Source of the DNA: Bacteroidales bacterium
GTDB taxonomy: Bacteria; Bacteroidota; Bacteroidia; Bacteroidales; FEN-979
Reading direction: 5' to 3'
Assembly (NCBI GenBank): GCA_023231005.1
Contig: JALNWG010000002.1
Coordinates: 54,092 to 118,091 of the forward strand
Length of the DNA: 64,000 nucleotides
A program made the position numbers and the translations under genes. Numbering within the stretch: position 1 is the first letter of the stretch; each line of letters starts with the position of its first letter. The notes below the pieces were generated by a model. That model saw only the letters and a list, made by a program, of their open reading frames with translations, searched no databases and was not told where the DNA came from. Shown here piece by piece: positions 61,316 through 64,000 of the stretch.

Positions 61316-61372
61316 TTTCTTTCCTCCGATTATTTTAAGTTATTAACTTGTTTATAAAGCATTTCAAGCCGG

Positions 61373-61380
61373 CAAACGTA
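61373..61380 (-). promoter_or_regulatory. candidate -7 box for the ptb-permease-buk unit
   Basis: Exact TACGTTTG on the minus strand, 57 nt upstream of ATG 61315. Confidence 0.4.
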
Positions 61381-61471
61381 CGCGAATTTTAGCAAACAGA
61401 CAAGCAGTTTCCGAAATATTTTAAGGATAAAAAAATTCTTACATTTGCAGTATCTTCAAAAATAGAAAATC

Positions 61472-62845
61472 ATGAATTTGCCTTTTGCCGAATCTTACAA
61501 AATCAAGATGGTAGAAACCATCCACAAAAGCACTCGTAAAGAACGCGAACAATGGATTAAAGAAGCCCATTACAATCTTTTCAGCTTAAAAAGCGATCAG
61601 GTCTTCATTGACCTTCTCACCGATTCAGGGACAGGAGCTATGAGTGACAAACAATGGTCGGAATTGATGCTTGGCGACGAAAGTTATGCCGGGGCCTCCT
61701 CCTATTTTAAAATGAAAAATGCCATTCAGGATATCCTTGGTTTCGAATATTTCCTACCAACACATCAGGGCAGAGCAGCAGAAAATGTTCTCTTTTCAGT
61801 ACTTGTCAAGGAAGGGAACCTGATCCCAGGAAATTCTCACTTTGATACAACCAAAAGCCATATCGAATTCCGTAAAGCTTTTGCTGTCGATTGTACCATT
61901 GATGAAGCATTTGATACAACAATATCACATCCTTTCAAGGGCAATGTTGATCCGGTAAAACTGGAAAAAGTGCTGAAGGAAAATCATGATAAAATTCCTT
62001 TTATTATTATCACCGTTACCTGTAACTCATCGGGGGGACAGCCTGTATCAATAGAAAATCTGAAAATGATACGGAAACTGGCCGACAAATACGGAAAAAT
62101 CGTTGTTTTTGATTCTGCCCGGTTTGCTGAAAATGCCTATTTCATCAAATTGCGTGAAAAAGGATATCAGGATAAATCCATTCGCGAAATTGTTCGTGAG
62201 ATGTTTTCCTGTGCTGATGTCATGACCATGAGTGCCAAAAAAGATGCCATTGTCAACATGGGCGGATTCATTGGCATGAGAAGCAAAGAGCTATTTGAAC
62301 AAGCCAGCATGTTTAACATCCTGTTTGAAGGATATGTTACGTATGGTGGAATGTCGGGTAGGGATATGAATGCATTGGCCCAGGGCTTGTATGATGGTAC
62401 TGAGTTTGATTATCTTGATACCCGGGTTAAACAGGTTGAATATCTTGGAAATCGGTTGATGGAGTTTGGAATCCCAGTTCAGCAACCCATTGGCGGTCAT
62501 GCTGTATTTGTTGATGCCAAGCGATTTTTACCCAATTTGCCTAAGGAAGAATTCCAGGCGCAGACATTGGCCATAGAATTGTATCTCGAAGCAGGTATTC
62601 GTGGGGTTGAAATCGGTGCATTATTAGCCGATCGTGACCCGATAACCCGTGAAAATCGTTATCCTGCTCTTGAATTGTTACGCTTGGCTATCCCCCGCCG
62701 GGTTTACACCAACAACCACATGGATGTTGTCGCAATAGCGCTAAAAAATATTTATGACCGGCGTGAATCCATAACAAGGGGATTGAAAATTGTGAAAGAA
62801 GCAGCGATCCTGCGTCATTTCACAGTTTCTCTTGACCTTGCCTGA
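61472..62845 (+). CDS. tnaA: beta-eliminating lyase: tryptophanase (tyrosine phenol-lyase not excluded)
   Basis: DLLTDSGTGAMS, PTHQGRAAE, DSARFAENAYFIK, PLP lysine in MSAKKDAIVNMGG. 457 aa. Confidence 0.8.
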   Translation: MNLPFAESYKIKMVETIHKSTRKEREQWIKEAHYNLFSLKSDQVFIDLLTDSGTGAMSDKQWSELMLGDESYAGASSYFKMKNAIQDILGFEYFLPTHQGRAAENVLFSVLVKEGNLIPGNSHFDTTKSHIEFRKAFAVDCTIDEAFDTTISHPFKGNVDPVKLEKVLKENHDKIPFIIITVTCNSSGGQPVSIENLKMIRKLADKYGKIVVFDSARFAENAYFIKLREKGYQDKSIREIVREMFSCADVMTMSAKKDAIVNMGGFIGMRSKELFEQASMFNILFEGYVTYGGMSGRDMNALAQGLYDGTEFDYLDTRVKQVEYLGNRLMEFGIPVQQPIGGHAVFVDAKRFLPNLPKEEFQAQTLAIELYLEAGIRGVEIGALLADRDPITRENRYPALELLRLAIPRRVYTNNHMDVVAIALKNIYDRRESITRGLKIVKEAAILRHFTVSLDLA

Positions 62846-62849
62846 TCCC

Positions 62850-63410
62850 ATGTCGTTTTTCGAACTTTTCCTTATTTCACTGGGCCTTTCGATGGATTGC
62901 TTTGCTGTATCGCTCAGTGTGGGTGTCAGTCATAAATTAAAATGGAAAGAAACATTCCTGATCGCTTTTTCATTTGGGCTGTTTCAGGGATTAATGCCAC
63001 TCATGGGTTGGATGCTTGGAACAAGCATTCAAACGTTGATTGCAAGCATCGATCATTGGATAGCCTTTGGCATTCTGGCAGTCATCGGATTAAGAATGGT
63101 CTGGCAGGCAATATTTCCTGAAAATAAAAAGGCAACTACCGACATCAGAAAGTTGCCTGTGCTACTTTCCCTTTCCATTGCTACCAGCATCGATGCCCTC
63201 ATTACCGGAGTAGGATTTGGATTTATCAAAGTAAAAATTTTAGAAGCAGTCCTTTTGATTTCCATAACTACATTTGTAATTTCCATTGCGGGTGTGAAAC
63301 TTGGAGAAAAAACCACTTTTATTTCATCCCGGTGGGCTGAATTTTTAGGTGGAGTTATCCTCATCTTAATTGGGACCAAAATTTTATTGGAACATCTTGG
63401 CATGATTTGA
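62850..63410 (+). CDS. mntP: manganese efflux pump MntP
   Basis: Duplicated DUF204 motifs SMDCFAVSL and SIDALITGV, six TM helices. ATG 62850 is 4 nt after the tnaA stop. Confidence 0.85.
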   Translation: MSFFELFLISLGLSMDCFAVSLSVGVSHKLKWKETFLIAFSFGLFQGLMPLMGWMLGTSIQTLIASIDHWIAFGILAVIGLRMVWQAIFPENKKATTDIRKLPVLLSLSIATSIDALITGVGFGFIKVKILEAVLLISITTFVISIAGVKLGEKTTFISSRWAEFLGGVILILIGTKILLEHLGMI

Positions 63411-63455
63411 CACTATTAATGTTTTTTTTACTTTCGTATCTTATTTCCTCTGCCA

Positions 63456-63902
63456 ATGAACTATATCCGGATTACCAAAGAATTCACATTTGAGGCTGCC
63501 CATGCACTCAAAGGATACAATGGGCCTTGTAAAAACATTCATGGTCATTCCTATGAATTATCGGTAACCATCAAAGGAAGACCCAACCCCGATCCTGTTT
63601 CTGAAAAAAACGGAATGGTTCTTGACTTCGGAGAGCTGAAAAATCTCATTAAAAAGCAGATTATCGATCCTTTTGACCATGCTTTGTTACTGAACAGCGA
63701 GGTGGACCAGAAAGCGTTGTTAAATTTCGGAGAACCTTTTACCAATATTATCTTTCTTCCGTATCAACCTACCAGCGAAAATTTTCTTCTCGATTTTGCC
63801 CGGCGGATTCGCCCGCTCCTGCCTCCCGGAATTCAGCTTTACAGTATGCGCCTTCGTGAAACATCCAGTTCTTTTGCAGAATGGTTTGCAGAAGATAATT
63901 GA
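63456..63902 (+). CDS. queD: 6-carboxy-5,6,7,8-tetrahydropterin synthase
   Basis: CKNIHGHSYEL (Cys plus HxH zinc site), 148 aa PTPS fold. Confidence 0.9.
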   Translation: MNYIRITKEFTFEAAHALKGYNGPCKNIHGHSYELSVTIKGRPNPDPVSEKNGMVLDFGELKNLIKKQIIDPFDHALLLNSEVDQKALLNFGEPFTNIIFLPYQPTSENFLLDFARRIRPLLPPGIQLYSMRLRETSSSFAEWFAEDN

Positions 63903-63918
63903 CAAAGAGGAGATTTTA

Positions 63919-64000
63919 TTATTTCTTTTTTTTAATCAGATGAACATCGGCATATAAATCGTCTGCGATTACAATGATTAGATGAGATTCTTCAGGGTAA
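63919..64000 (-). CDS. 3' end of an unidentified gene entering from the right edge
   Basis: Own translation: only one minus-strand frame is open from the edge, ...YPEESHLIIVIADDLYADVHLIKKKK then TAA (63921-63919). Too short to name. Confidence 0.3.
   Translation of the reverse strand, partial: YPEESHLIIVIADDLYADVHLIKKKK

Noticed and set aside
61316-61471. Possible TnaC-like leader peptide upstream of the tryptophanase-like gene
   Set aside because: There is no short ORF with a start codon and a Trp codon in the 156-nt region. Candidate promoter elements sit within about 35 nt of the ATG.

Overview
This is a densely coding chromosomal segment that looks like core genome of a member of Bacteroidota. 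Supporting evidence: the type IX secretion / gliding core porP-gldK-gldL-gldM-gldN plus a PorW/SprE-like lipoprotein, an S46 dipeptidyl-peptidase, a GH3-family protein, DUF4468 and DUF4421 proteins, and exact TAnnTTTG -7 boxes upstream of many genes. The organism is probably an anaerobic, amino-acid-fermenting type (B12 methylmalonyl-CoA mutase, ackA, ptb-buk, tryptophanase-like lyase).

I call 58 protein-coding genes, two of them partial at the window edges. Most are housekeeping: groES/groEL, secG, lptE, pheT, recG, rlmN, trmB, kdsB, dxr, rseP, folE, fabD, queD, and a wbpB/D/E-like plus rfbB/galE sugar-nucleotide block. Where a shorter ATG start fits homology, signal peptides or promoter position better, I corrected the ORF-track start (which takes the longest ATG/GTG/TTG ORF).

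I found no rRNA, tRNA, CRISPR array, IS element, integrase, phage gene or recognisable defence gene, and no unannotated gap longer than about 230 bp. I therefore do not see a convincing self-contained novel system in this window.

The observations most worth follow-up are operon-architecture oddities:
- A receiver-only regulator and a hybrid sensor kinase sit between mutA and mutB.
- ackA is coupled to an orphan REC-LuxR regulator, a candidate acetyl-phosphate sensor.
- An amino-acid permease is embedded between ptb and buk, divergent from a tnaA-mntP unit.
- A bactofilin/AtpZ/membrane-protein module follows porW with no ATP synthase genes nearby.
- A sigma-54 activator lacks a sensory domain and overlaps lptE.

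All functional calls come from reading motifs by eye. No database search was possible.
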